Virus record (IMG/VR): IMGVR_UViG_3300047320_000346
Length of the DNA stretch: 64,000 nucleotides
Source: an uncultured virus (IMG/VR IMGVR_UViG_3300047320_000346)
Taxonomy: Duplodnaviria > Heunggongvirae > Uroviricota > Caudoviricetes
Reading direction: 5' to 3' (one strand)
Both the position numbers and the translations under genes were made by a program. Shown piece by piece: positions 1 to 9,228 of the stretch. Numbering within the stretch: position 1 is the first letter of the stretch; each line of letters starts with the position of its first letter. Under the pieces are notes generated by a model. The model saw only the letters and a program-made list of their open reading frames with translations, was not told where the DNA came from and did no database searches.

Positions 1-495
1 TTAGGCCGGACGTGGATGGAAGAGCAAATCGCCCTTCTGAACCACGGTCGTAAAGCCCTCCCGAGTCAGCTTGCACGTCATCAGTGCGGTGCAACTGGTC
101 GAATGCAGATTCAACAGCAGCACCTCTTCCCGATTTGGCGCATCTTCCGGATTCACAACGGGGCCCAGCTTCTCTCGGGCTTCCTTCGTGTATTGCGCGC
201 GCCACGCTTCGGCGACATGTCCCACGACCAGTATTTCGGGGTCCTGGGCCAGACGTTCGATGAGTGCCGCAATCACAACTTCGCCGGGAATGCCAGCGGT
301 ACTCGTCATCAACTCCGCGATGGGAACCTGACCAAAGCGGTATCCGGGCTTCCCCAAAACCAACGGGTCAAGCCCCATCACCACGAGCTTGGGCATCAGC
401 TCAACACAGGACAGATATTCAGCTTTCGCCAGGTCTGTCAGCATGTCGGCCAAAAGCTCAAACTCGGCACGACTTGCAGTTTTTCGCTCTTTCAT
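1..495 (-). CDS. hypothetical protein
   Basis: ORF 1..519; ATG at 495 with GAAAAGGGA upstream; stop at window start. Confidence 0.6.
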   Translation of the reverse strand: MKERKTASRAEFELLADMLTDLAKAEYLSCVELMPKLVVMGLDPLVLGKPGYRFGQVPIAELMTSTAGIPGEVVIAALIERLAQDPEILVVGHVAEAWRAQYTKEAREKLGPVVNPEDAPNREEVLLLNLHSTSCTALMTCKLTREGFTTVVQKGDLLFHPRPA

Positions 496-764
496 GTTTC
501 CCTTTTCACTCAAAACCAATTTGACCTAATTCGTATAGAACGACTGGCGGCGGCAAAATCGGCATTTGTGGATACCCAAATGTGAGCGTTTAGGAAATGA
601 CTATGAAATCAGGTGTGCTTTTGATTGTTCTATTTGCGACGTTTTAAAATCACAGGGCGCTGTAGGCGTGTTTTATCAAAAAGATGTGCTGACGCCGAGT
701 ACAGGTGAACTCTCTTAATCTCAAGAAAAAAGGCCGTCAAAGACGGCCCGGAGTTCAACTGCTA

Positions 765-1034
765 TCAAGCGGCGAGCGCTCGAACATCTTCTACCTCGAA
801 CACCAAACCGGCCATCAAGGGTTCGCTGGCCTTAAGCTCGTCGACGATGTCGAGGTTTGCCGCCTCGATGCAGACGAGTTTGCCACGCGAATTCATGATA
901 CCGATTTCCTTCCACGTGTCCGGGTTGCGACGGTAGTCGTCGCGCGCCGAATCTACCTCGCCTTCGCGAGCCACGATACGACACTGGCCAGCCTGGTCCG
1001 TCATGGCGGGAACGATGTAAACGGTTGTGGTCAT
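765..1034 (-). CDS. hypothetical protein
   Basis: 89 aa ORF with AGGAAGG RBS and a downstream hairpin plus T-run at about 726-750. Confidence 0.7.
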   Translation of the reverse strand: MTTTVYIVPAMTDQAGQCRIVAREGEVDSARDDYRRNPDTWKEIGIMNSRGKLVCIEAANLDIVDELKASEPLMAGLVFEVEDVRALAA

Positions 1035-1119
1035 GTGAGCCTTCCTACGTTCTTTGCGGCATACCGCAGTGGTTAAATTATGCTGTCTGACTATCTATCG
1101 CGTCTTGCGACGCTCCCTC

Positions 1120-1374
1120 TCAGGTAGCCTCGATAGCCAGCTCGGCAGCGCAGGGCTCACAAAAAATCTGACCGTCTTCAGCTCGAACCCAACCCCCGGG
1201 TGCGTCCGTGTGACCAGGGTGGCCGCATTCGTCGCACGCGATGACAACGCCGTCGTGAACCAGTGCATCACAAACCTCACACTCGACGTGTGCGCAGGTA
1301 CGCCAGTCATGCGGCGGCACCGGTGCAAGCGCGAGAGCGAGCGGACGCAAGCGAAAGCCCGTAATACCTTTCAT
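1120..1374 (-). CDS. small Cys/His zinc-finger protein (PHD-like spacing)
   Basis: CEVC..CDEC-x4-H..FCEPC; AAGGA RBS. Confidence 0.6.
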   Translation of the reverse strand: MKGITGFRLRPLALALAPVPPHDWRTCAHVECEVCDALVHDGVVIACDECGHPGHTDAPGGWVRAEDGQIFCEPCAAELAIEAT

Positions 1375-1385
1375 GGTTGTATCCT

Positions 1386-1826
1386 TTATGCAGCTAGTCG
1401 CTCTTCACGCTCCAGTCGCTCGAGCGTTCGCGCGAGTCGGACCGGGTCGAGCCAGTTGTTGATGAAGTCCTTGCAGGTCGAGCGGCCCTTCACCTTATCC
1501 TTGCAGAAGACGTGCTGATAGCTCGACTTCGTCTGCAGCGTGCCGCAGCCGGGACAGGTGATTTGTTCGCCAACGCTTGCCTTCTTCGCATGCGCGAATC
1601 GGCCCATCGCAAGTTCCTTCCGCCCAGAAGGGGACATACCGTCAACCATCAATGCGTTTTGATGCAACGCATAGAGCGGCTCCTTCGGATAGCGTGCGCG
1701 GGTGAACTGTGACGACTTGGGTTGCGCCAGTAGCTCACGCAGCTCAAGCGCCGCCGCGCGGCAGAAAGACGCCTCATCCGCATCGAAGGCACCCTCGCCC
1801 GAGCCGAAATTGATTCCATCATCCAT
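1386..1826 (-). CDS. hypothetical zinc-binding protein
   Basis: CPGC..HVFC..STC motif; GGAGA RBS. Confidence 0.65.
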   Translation of the reverse strand: MDDGINFGSGEGAFDADEASFCRAAALELRELLAQPKSSQFTRARYPKEPLYALHQNALMVDGMSPSGRKELAMGRFAHAKKASVGEQITCPGCGTLQTKSSYQHVFCKDKVKGRSTCKDFINNWLDPVRLARTLERLEREERLAA

Positions 1827-1898
1827 AGGTCATCTCCGTGTATTCAAAAAACAACCCGAACGAATCGGGTTGTCGAGTGGGTTGCTTTGATGGACCTA

Positions 1899-2720
1899 TC
1901 AGCAGTAGCCGGCGTTGATGAGCTTGTCCGCGGCCGAGAACGCACGGTGTGCGCACTTGTCCGGAATGCGAAGCTTGGCGCCTTCTGCGAGGTTACCCTG
2001 CAGACGCGAGCGAGCTTCTTCCAGACCCGAGATACCGAGAGTCGCCGCGCACAGGTATGCCGCGGTGTCAGCCTCGATGTCTCGCATTGCCTGCTCCTGC
2101 GGAACCGACTTGGCAGGCTCCTCAGCGGTATGACCGAGAAGAACGCGCGCCATTTCCCGCAGACGGCCATACGTTTGATGGACTTCGAGCGGGGATACTG
2201 CGATTTCCTTGCCCTTAGCCCAACCCAGCCGCATGTCCGACACGCTTGCGAACTCGAACGGCGACTCCTTGATTTCCAGGAAATCGTAAGCCGACGCCAG
2301 ATTCCAGTCGTCACGCGTGACTTCTTCCGGCTTGTACTCCTCGCCGGCGGTCTGGTTAAGGTGGAACCAATTGCTGCGGAGCATGAACTTGGTAAACTTC
2401 ACCGCGCCCTTGCCCTTATCATCACCGTCTTCCTCGTCCTTTTTGGCACGAATGGGCACCGGCATGATGAGCGCGATGCTAGCCTTCTGACCCTTCTGTA
2501 CCGGACGCTTGGCGTTGAGCCAGCCTCTGAAGGTATTGATGGGAATCAGCGGCAAGCCGGCAGCGCGGAGCTGCGTGCTCGCCAGCCAACGGTTGGCCAG
2601 ACTATATTGGTGGAAAAACTGATGTGCCGCCGCCAGTTGACCCGGCTCGTGCACAGCATCCACCAGCAGGTCGTACCAGTCGGGGGTGGTGACTTTCTCA
2701 ACACGTTCTGCGTTTTCCAT
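1899..2720 (-). CDS. ArdC-like ssDNA-binding/antirestriction protein
   Basis: YSLANRWL and FRGW..RPVQKGQKA N-terminal motifs; C-terminal EADTAAYLCA; HExxH position reads REMAR. Confidence 0.7.
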   Translation of the reverse strand: MENAERVEKVTTPDWYDLLVDAVHEPGQLAAAHQFFHQYSLANRWLASTQLRAAGLPLIPINTFRGWLNAKRPVQKGQKASIALIMPVPIRAKKDEEDGDDKGKGAVKFTKFMLRSNWFHLNQTAGEEYKPEEVTRDDWNLASAYDFLEIKESPFEFASVSDMRLGWAKGKEIAVSPLEVHQTYGRLREMARVLLGHTAEEPAKSVPQEQAMRDIEADTAAYLCAATLGISGLEEARSRLQGNLAEGAKLRIPDKCAHRAFSAADKLINAGYC

Positions 2721-2864
2721 GATTTACTCCGTATTTTCGCGCGTGCAGACATCGACAGCGACCGCCGTCTATGTAACCGCGCATTTCACGATATATATTG
2801 CCTGCTCTTTGTATAGGCTCAACCCGGCCACCATCGTGATAGACTTTCGCGTAAGGAGGGCTTA

Positions 2865-3314
2865 ATGCCGACAATTTCGATACAGCATCTTTTGCGACAA
2901 AACATTGCGGCGCCGATACGACACAATGTGCGGCTCGATGGCGCGCATAGCGGGCGACCAGGAGTGACAGCCGTCATCGCTCGCAGCGGTGGCTTGGGCT
3001 GGTGCCTGCTCGCCGACCACCCGCAAAATCCGGGTGTCAGCGTGACCAATGGCGCGCTCGAATACGCGGAAGCCGTCTGTCGCGCGCTCGAGTGCACCAT
3101 CGTCGACCTGGCGTGGTTCGAGCTGGACTCCGAAGGCAACTTTGACGAGCTGCGTCTGCATGGCGAAAGCGCCGGGTTCGCGGCGCTGCTCGAGGATGGC
3201 TGTGCCCCGCGGTCGCTGGCGGCGTTCTCGGCCCGGGCGGCCAAGCTGCCCGCCGGTTTTCCTGATGAGGCTGCGACAGCGGTCCAGGCCTGCCGAGAGC
3301 GGTTCAACGCCTGA
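2865..3314 (+). CDS. hypothetical protein
   Basis: TAAGGAGG RBS; 149 aa ORF. Confidence 0.7.
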   Translation: MPTISIQHLLRQNIAAPIRHNVRLDGAHSGRPGVTAVIARSGGLGWCLLADHPQNPGVSVTNGALEYAEAVCRALECTIVDLAWFELDSEGNFDELRLHGESAGFAALLEDGCAPRSLAAFSARAAKLPAGFPDEAATAVQACRERFNA

Positions 3315-3384
3315 CGCACGGACAAAAAAAAGAACCCTCCGAAATTCGGGAGGGTTCTGGGAGAGTTTGGAGACGTGATAGACG

Positions 3385-3504
3385 TTATTCGCCGTCGTCT
3401 TCGTCGTCGGTGCTTTCGGCGTCAGCATCGTCGAAGCTCATGGCTTCGCGGCGGTCCAGGTTGGCCACAATTGCATTCACGTCCACACCGTAATCATCGT
3501 ACAT
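3385..3504 (-). CDS. small highly acidic protein (39 aa)
   Basis: GAGAGGA RBS before ATG at 3504; 15 of 39 residues D/E; hairpin terminator at about 3325-3358. Confidence 0.55.
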   Translation of the reverse strand: MYDDYGVDVNAIVANLDRREAMSFDDADAESTDDEDDGE

Positions 3505-3625
3505 AACTGTTTCCTCTCGTAGAAGCAGCGAAAGCCACTGCATTCTTGTATAGCGCGCGGCCTCGTGATACATATGCTTCAACGGCTACCATCGTTAACA
3601 GTCACCGTAACGCAAGGATATTTTC

Positions 3626-3913
3626 ATGCACAAATCTGAGTTAATCGCGCAGGTCGCGGAGCAGACCGGTCAACCCGCCAAGGTCGTCGCGGCCGTTGTC
3701 GACGCGGTGTTCGAGTCCATCAGCGACACGGTCGCCGAAGGCGAGCCGGTCAACGTCGTAGGGTTCGGCGCGTTTTCGCGCACGAGTCGCGCAGCGCGCA
3801 ACGGGCGCAATCCCAACAGTGGAGAGGCATTGGTGATTCCAGCCTCGACGGCGCCGAAGTTCACCGCGGGCAGTGCATTCAAGGCCAAGGTGAAGAACGG
3901 CAAGGCGGTCTAG
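3626..3913 (+). CDS. HU family DNA-binding protein
   Basis: MHKSELIAQVA..GFGAFS..ARNGRNPNSGE..PKFTAGSAFK. Confidence 0.95.
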   Translation: MHKSELIAQVAEQTGQPAKVVAAVVDAVFESISDTVAEGEPVNVVGFGAFSRTSRAARNGRNPNSGEALVIPASTAPKFTAGSAFKAKVKNGKAV

Positions 3914-3915
3914 GC

Positions 3916-3950
3916 AAAAAAAAGCCCGATGAGCTCAACACTCATCGGGC
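3916..3950 (-). terminator. intrinsic terminator
   Basis: GCCCGATGAG/CTCATCGGGC 10-bp stem with a T8 tail on the minus strand. Confidence 0.85.
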
Positions 3951-4040
3951 GAAAGTCGCAAGGAGAGCACCCTGCTCAATCCTGTTGACCTAGTCGTTGC
4001 CGACCACGGAGGAAAACCAGTTAACTTACCGAATTCATGT
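3916..4040 (-). ncRNA. candidate small RNA (~125 nt)
   Basis: Consensus promoter upstream, intrinsic terminator at 3916-3950, only a 5-codon ORF, CCUCC and CUCUCCUU motifs. Confidence 0.65.
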
Positions 4041-4045
4041 TTCAC

Positions 4046-4074
4046 ATTATAGTGATTCGATAGTTAACTGTCAA
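4046..4074 (-). promoter_or_regulatory. consensus sigma70 promoter
   Basis: TTGACA (4074-4069), 17-nt spacer, TATAAT (4051-4046). Confidence 0.85.
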
Positions 4075-4092
4075 GTGGTTCGGCCATGCGTG

Positions 4093-4497
4093 TCAAGCGT
4101 GCAGGCTCAGCTTCGCTTTCCGGCTGAACTGCTGGGCGAGCACATCGCAGGGCGAGCGCCAGAATGCGTCGCAGGCCAGCTCGCTCAGCTCCTGCCAGCT
4201 CAGCCCGGATGCGACCTCGATGAGGAACTCGGGGCGCTCGCGTAGTAACGGCAGCACCTGCGCTAGCAGATGCATCATCGGCTCACCGCCTGGAATCTGG
4301 ATGCGGCTAGCGGCCTTGATGGCCAGGTCCGCCGCGCGCAGCTGGAAGCAGCTTCCCTCGGGAAATGACACTCCGACGGACCGGTACGGCATGGTGCGCC
4401 AGCATGGCAGGGCCTTCGCGGCGCAATGAAACTGGGACTGACTGACGCTTAAGCTGAGCGCCGGCCTGACGGAATTAGGTTGGTTGAGGTTAAACAT
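4093..4497 (-). CDS. hypothetical protein
   Basis: ORF 4093..4557; probable ATG at 4497. Confidence 0.5.
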   Translation of the reverse strand: MFNLNQPNSVRPALSLSVSQSQFHCAAKALPCWRTMPYRSVGVSFPEGSCFQLRAADLAIKAASRIQIPGGEPMMHLLAQVLPLLRERPEFLIEVASGLSWQELSELACDAFWRSPCDVLAQQFSRKAKLSLHA

Positions 4498-4604
4498 GGG
4501 TTGACCAAGGGTGGTGCTGTAAGGCTTTAGTATACTGATTAGGCCAGAAAGTGACAACTTGATTACATCGAAAGAAGCCCACCGTGCGGATGGGCCGGCG
4601 ACTA

Positions 4605-5255
4605 TCAGTAGAAAGCGCGCAGCACCTCGCGGCGGAAGCGGAGCAGCCCCTCGGGACCTTCTTCGTTGGTGAATTCCTTCTTGATGGGGTACCCCAGCAT
4701 GGCGACTTCGGATGAGTGCATCAGCGCCTTGTCGTTCGCGCCGGGTAGCTCCGGGCGGTTGATACGCCCGAGCTCACCCCTGAGTTCGCCTTCGACCAGC
4801 TTACCCTCGTCCGGGAAGCGTACGTCGGTGATGACGAAGTTCCACGTTGGATGGGCACGAACGAAGTCGGCGACCTGTGCGCGCCAGTAATCGTCGCGCA
4901 ACGTCTGGCGGCGGTACTCGGTGCCCCAGTACTGCATGATTTGTCGCGGGCTGCGCGGTTTGCGCAAGAATGCTGAAATCTTGCGGGTGTCGTGGCCAAG
5001 TCTCAGACCCGCACTCGACAGCATGACCGCGATGAAGAGCTGGTCCTTGCAGTTTACGAGTGCCAGCTCCGGCAGGGGCGTTTCCTTCGTTTCGCGACGC
5101 GACAGGAACTCGAGCGTCACGCCGAACGTGTTTGCAACTTCGAGGTAGAGGGCATCGGCGAACGCGATGCGGTGCCAGCCCTGCGCGACGAGAAAGCCGG
5201 CAGCCGTGTCCTTGCCCGAGCCGCGAAGGCCCACCAATCCAACTACTTTTTGCAT
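4605..5255 (-). CDS. deoxynucleoside monophosphate kinase (phage type)
   Basis: GLRGSGKDT P-loop, AFADAL, PRQIMQYWGTE, ITDVRFPDE. Confidence 0.88.
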   Translation of the reverse strand: MQKVVGLVGLRGSGKDTAAGFLVAQGWHRIAFADALYLEVANTFGVTLEFLSRRETKETPLPELALVNCKDQLFIAVMLSSAGLRLGHDTRKISAFLRKPRSPRQIMQYWGTEYRRQTLRDDYWRAQVADFVRAHPTWNFVITDVRFPDEGKLVEGELRGELGRINRPELPGANDKALMHSSEVAMLGYPIKKEFTNEEGPEGLLRFRREVLRAFY

Positions 5256-5266
5256 GTGAGACTCCT

Positions 5267-5749
5267 TCAGATGGGGCGGCCGCGAGTGCCACGTATTTCG
5301 TTCTTTGCCAACTTGAGTTGCACTTCTTCGTGGAGGTCGATGGCGTAGGTCTCGGCGATGTCGACGACGCGCGCGACGACTCGCCCCATGGCTTCACCGA
5401 AGTCCGGACCGAGCTGAGGTTTGCGCGCGGTGTTGCTCCACGCGGCGTAATCGACGAAAACTTCGGCGAGGCGCTCCAGTGCGGTAATGCCGACCCACTC
5501 GAAGCGGGCACGTGCGACCTCGTAGTTGAGGTTCACGCCTTCGGTCTTGGCGAGGTCTGTGCAGCGCAAGACAATGTCTGCCAGCTCTTCGCCGAACCGC
5601 GAGATGTGTATTTCGCCGACACATTCGCCGGCGGCCTCCCCAATTTCGGAGGCAATCAGCGCGAGGCTTTCCAGCACGGTCTTGTTGTGCCAGCCCATAC
5701 GCTCGACCCAGGCGTGATGCCGGTCGCTTATTGCATTGAAGTCAATCAC
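5267..5749 (-). CDS. MazG-like nucleotide pyrophosphohydrolase
   Basis: LIASEIGEA..FGEELADIVLR; degenerate second repeat; GTG start inferred. Confidence 0.75.
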   Translation of the reverse strand: MIDFNAISDRHHAWVERMGWHNKTVLESLALIASEIGEAAGECVGEIHISRFGEELADIVLRCTDLAKTEGVNLNYEVARARFEWVGITALERLAEVFVDYAAWSNTARKPQLGPDFGEAMGRVVARVVDIAETYAIDLHEEVQLKLAKNEIRGTRGRPI

Positions 5750-5804
5750 GTTCGCTCTTGAGGGGTGTACATCAGGTATATGAAGAAATGCCACTTCTGG
5801 GCTA

Positions 5805-6107
5805 CTACCAGCGCAGCGGCTTGCCCTTCCTGCCACGGCGCGGCGGACCGTAGCCCGCTGCCGGGAGAGGTGGCTCGAGCGCGACGAGGTCGGGACACTC
5901 CAGCGGCAGCTGCGCCACGAGCTCGAATACCTCGCGCGGCAGCACCGGAAAGGCATCTGCCTGAGCGCGGAGGTCCGCTGGTACCTCGCTGATGTCCGTA
6001 ACAACCTGCACGCGCGCGACGTCTTTGAGGCGCTCGACCAGCTCTGCCGCTACGGCTACCGCTTCGGCGTCCGGCGCTACGAAGACGACCAGCGGCAGCT
6101 CAGCCAC
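5805..6107 (-). CDS. hypothetical protein
   Basis: GTG start overlaps the upstream gene's stop. Confidence 0.5.
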   Translation of the reverse strand: MAELPLVVFVAPDAEAVAVAAELVERLKDVARVQVVTDISEVPADLRAQADAFPVLPREVFELVAQLPLECPDLVALEPPLPAAGYGPPRRGRKGKPLRW

Positions 6108-6579
6108 GCCGGCGAGGCTCGGTGGCCCCATAGCGGCTGACGGCTTCGATGACGTTGACCGTCCAGCGCTTGGCAACGTCTTCGTCGAACGCCTTGCGTT
6201 GCGCTTCGGTCTGCGTGCTCCAGTCGACGACGTAGGCAAGGCGCAAGCCAAAGTAGACGGCGAGATGGCCGTCAGGGCCGCGGACAATCACCGTGTAGGC
6301 CGGCGTCATGGCCGCGCCGCCGATACCGCCGAAGCCCAGCGCCGTTGAACCCCATGTCTGGGCGAACATCGCGTAGACCTCGCACTCCCATACCTCCGGG
6401 CGCCGCTGTGCGTCCTTCAGGGGAAAGCTGTTGTTACGGCTTGCTTCGGCGAGCTGGGAAGCGCTCCAGCTCTTGGCTGCAGCAAAGTCGCGGGTGCGAT
6501 AATGGACGTCGGGCAAGCCTGTGTGTGCGGCATGATGCACAGCACTGGCCACCGCGTCGAGAGGCGACGACAGTTCCAT
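6100..6579 (-). CDS. hypothetical protein (phage-like)
   Basis: AAGGAG RBS; FAQTWGSTALGFGGIGG motif. Confidence 0.7.
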   Translation of the reverse strand: MELSSPLDAVASAVHHAAHTGLPDVHYRTRDFAAAKSWSASQLAEASRNNSFPLKDAQRRPEVWECEVYAMFAQTWGSTALGFGGIGGAAMTPAYTVIVRGPDGHLAVYFGLRLAYVVDWSTQTEAQRKAFDEDVAKRWTVNVIEAVSRYGATEPRRRG

Positions 6580-6716
6580 GGTGCTCCTTCGTTGATGACG
6601 AATTAATATACCATGAAATGCGCATTATGCAACATTCGTGAAAGCCTCGTTACAATTGAAAAAAGCCCTCTACTGGATAGCAGAGGGCTTGAGAGAGCGT
6701 TAGCTCGGTTTTTGAG

Positions 6717-8480
6717 TCAGAACAGACAGCCTTGAGCTTCCTGAGGAGCGACCCACTCGCGTCCGTCTGCGCGCGCGGCAAGTACATCACCGTGACACAA
6801 CAGATTGACATCGGGGCGGGCCTTGCACCAGCAGCCCAGGGTTTTGCCCTTGAGCATGTACACGTCAGCCATCAACTCCTGGTTGCCCGAAAAATCTTCG
6901 GCGAAGTCTGCGACGGCCGTGTTGCGCGAGCGCGTGCTATCGACCTTGTGCGGGTTATGCCACGGAGAGTGCGGGAAGTCCGAACCCATCTGACGTCCGA
7001 TATAGACGTCGAACGGGGCCTCCTTCACATGCACGACCCGGGTGACGGGACCGCGGCCGGTCTTTGCCTTCACGTATCCGTGAATCAGATTCCGGATGAA
7101 CCGGGACCCGTGGCCCTGACCTTCCCACGACTGCGCGCGTTCCGATTTGGCCTGCGTAAAATGGCTGCACTTCTCAAGCCACGCCACGCCGCCGTTCTTC
7201 GTCACGAGGTCAAACAGCTTGGTGTTCTGGAGAAACTTCAGCGCGATGAGGTCAATCATCAGGCCGTCGTTGTACTCCTCCTCGCCCGGAGCCTTCAACG
7301 ACTGATAGGCCGCCTCGGAATCCGGATAAGTCACACCATTGACCTTCACGGGATAAGAATGCTTGATGCCACCCTTCTCCCGCGCACGCTCCGACATGTT
7401 TGTCAGCGCGCCGCCCAACCCAGGAGCACCGCTCCAGATATTGATGGCTTGCGCTACCATCGGAGCCTCCTGCGCCTCCGAGAGCCACGGCTTCCAGTCT
7501 TGCGGAAAGCTGCAGTTCGAAGGTGCCGCGGCAAACATCGGCGCGACCTCCTTGTCTTCGTAGCCCGCCAGCCCGCAACCGATACGCGTGACGAAGAACT
7601 GCTCATCGGGATGTGCTTTCGCATACTCGATGAAATCGTCGACGAACGGCTTGATGGCAGCCAGGGGAAGGGTCTGCTTCGGGTCGTTGAACGAAGGCCG
7701 CGGAATGCCAGGAAGCGGCCGGCCATCCTTTGTGGGGATGCCGTAGCTTTGACCCTGACGCCCGGGTCCGACGCCTGCCTGCGCGCCGAACTGCTCCTTG
7801 GCGACAGCTGCTCCACCCTTGCCGTGACGTCCGGCGAGGTTCGAGCCGAACACGAACACCTGCTTCTCGAGTTCGGTCGGCAATGACCCGTCGTGGTGGA
7901 AGTCCCAGCCATTGCCCGTCTTCAGCGCTGCCGCCTGCACTTCGAGCTCAGCACGGATAGCGTCGGCGGTAGCCGTCACTTCGTTGCCTTGCGCGTTGCG
8001 TCGACGAAAGCGCGCCGGATAGTGGCCAAGGGCGGGAATGCCGAGCGCGAGAGCCGCCACCAGGCCAGCCTGGTCGATGCCTGTCTGTCCGCCGGAGCGG
8101 ATGAGTGTGAGCTTCACGCCTCGCAATACCACTGCGAGAACGCTGTGCACCCACGCATTGGCGCGCTCCTGGTTGACCCCGTGCTCCGCGAGCGTGTAGA
8201 TGCCATTGCCCGCCACATTCAGCGAGCTCCCATTGCGCTCAATGAGGAACGCAATAAGCTTGGCCGCCGCTGCTGAGACGTCACTCCCAAAGGGAATGCC
8301 GACGTAGCGAGGGTCTGCCATACGCTTTGTGAGCTTCTCCCCGGCCGTATTGAAGTCTGTCGCGAAGGCTACCGTTACATCGGCGCCCTGCGCGTTATCT
8401 GTCGTGCGCGGCACATAGCTGTAGTCGGTGTGCGTCTGAAGCTTGAGTGCTTGCATGTTGGTTGAATTGGATTTGGTCAT
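6717..8480 (-). CDS. multidomain SLOG + macro-like + NADAR-like + DUF4326 protein
   Basis: SLNVAGN and IRSGGQTGIDQAGL (SLOG); VFVFGSNLAGRHGKG..YGIPTK..VTRIGCGLAG; SEAAYQSLK..KFLQN; VYIGR..GKTLGCWC..CHGDVL. Confidence 0.75.
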   Translation of the reverse strand: MTKSNSTNMQALKLQTHTDYSYVPRTTDNAQGADVTVAFATDFNTAGEKLTKRMADPRYVGIPFGSDVSAAAAKLIAFLIERNGSSLNVAGNGIYTLAEHGVNQERANAWVHSVLAVVLRGVKLTLIRSGGQTGIDQAGLVAALALGIPALGHYPARFRRRNAQGNEVTATADAIRAELEVQAAALKTGNGWDFHHDGSLPTELEKQVFVFGSNLAGRHGKGGAAVAKEQFGAQAGVGPGRQGQSYGIPTKDGRPLPGIPRPSFNDPKQTLPLAAIKPFVDDFIEYAKAHPDEQFFVTRIGCGLAGYEDKEVAPMFAAAPSNCSFPQDWKPWLSEAQEAPMVAQAINIWSGAPGLGGALTNMSERAREKGGIKHSYPVKVNGVTYPDSEAAYQSLKAPGEEEYNDGLMIDLIALKFLQNTKLFDLVTKNGGVAWLEKCSHFTQAKSERAQSWEGQGHGSRFIRNLIHGYVKAKTGRGPVTRVVHVKEAPFDVYIGRQMGSDFPHSPWHNPHKVDSTRSRNTAVADFAEDFSGNQELMADVYMLKGKTLGCWCKARPDVNLLCHGDVLAARADGREWVAPQEAQGCLF

Positions 8481-8574
8481 GGAATGCTCCTGTCGATTTA
8501 TTGCCTGTAGTCGTATAGGAACAATCACTCAGGCTCGAGACGACAAAGTGCCCGGGCGATGCCGGGCGGCTTTT

Positions 8575-9066
8575 TCAATGAGAAGGCTTGTCCGCTCCAA
8601 AATCCGCAGGCAGATACCATTCGAGTGCTTTGCTCAGCCGGTCACGGTCGGCCTGCACAATTTCATCGACGACTCGAACCAGAACGTCGAACGGCGCGTG
8701 GAAGAGCTCTTTTTCGTCGTGCCATCGCCACTGCGCACACGCACGATGGACCAACGCCTCCAGCCCAAAAGCGTCATGCACCGACCAGGTATGCGCCTCA
8801 ACCCAGGGCGTTGGCACGCCGGCGCCGCTCAATCCGCGCATGCGCGCCTCCACGCTCCTTCGCGTGCAGCCGAGCTTGAACAGGCCGGTCCATGATGCAT
8901 TTGCCGCTAGGTACAGGTGCCCCGCCTTGGCCTTGAGCCAAACAGGCAAGCCTTCGGCGAGCGCATCGCGCTCGATGTCCCCGACCGCTCCGTCTTCGAA
9001 ATATAGGGGTGTGCCGGCGCGCGCCAACTGAATAGCGCGGGTTGCGGCCGCCATGGGTTCAAACAT
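8575..9066 (-). CDS. GIY-YIG nuclease (T5orf172/MUG113-like)
   Basis: HLYLAAN..LFKLGCT.RSVEAR..GVPTP..ELF. Confidence 0.8.
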   Translation of the reverse strand: MFEPMAAATRAIQLARAGTPLYFEDGAVGDIERDALAEGLPVWLKAKAGHLYLAANASWTGLFKLGCTRRSVEARMRGLSGAGVPTPWVEAHTWSVHDAFGLEALVHRACAQWRWHDEKELFHAPFDVLVRVVDEIVQADRDRLSKALEWYLPADFGADKPSH

Positions 9067-9228
9067 TCGCTGCTCTCCTGATTCCGTAGTATACTATAAA
9101 TTAAGCATTCAGCCAAAATACAAAGCGGGGTTTGACATCCGGTTGTTCCAGCGGGAAGAAAGACCTTGCGTTTCGTTTGTCGACCTGCCTATACTTATTC
9201 GTAAAGCACAAATAAGAAGTAATTGAAC

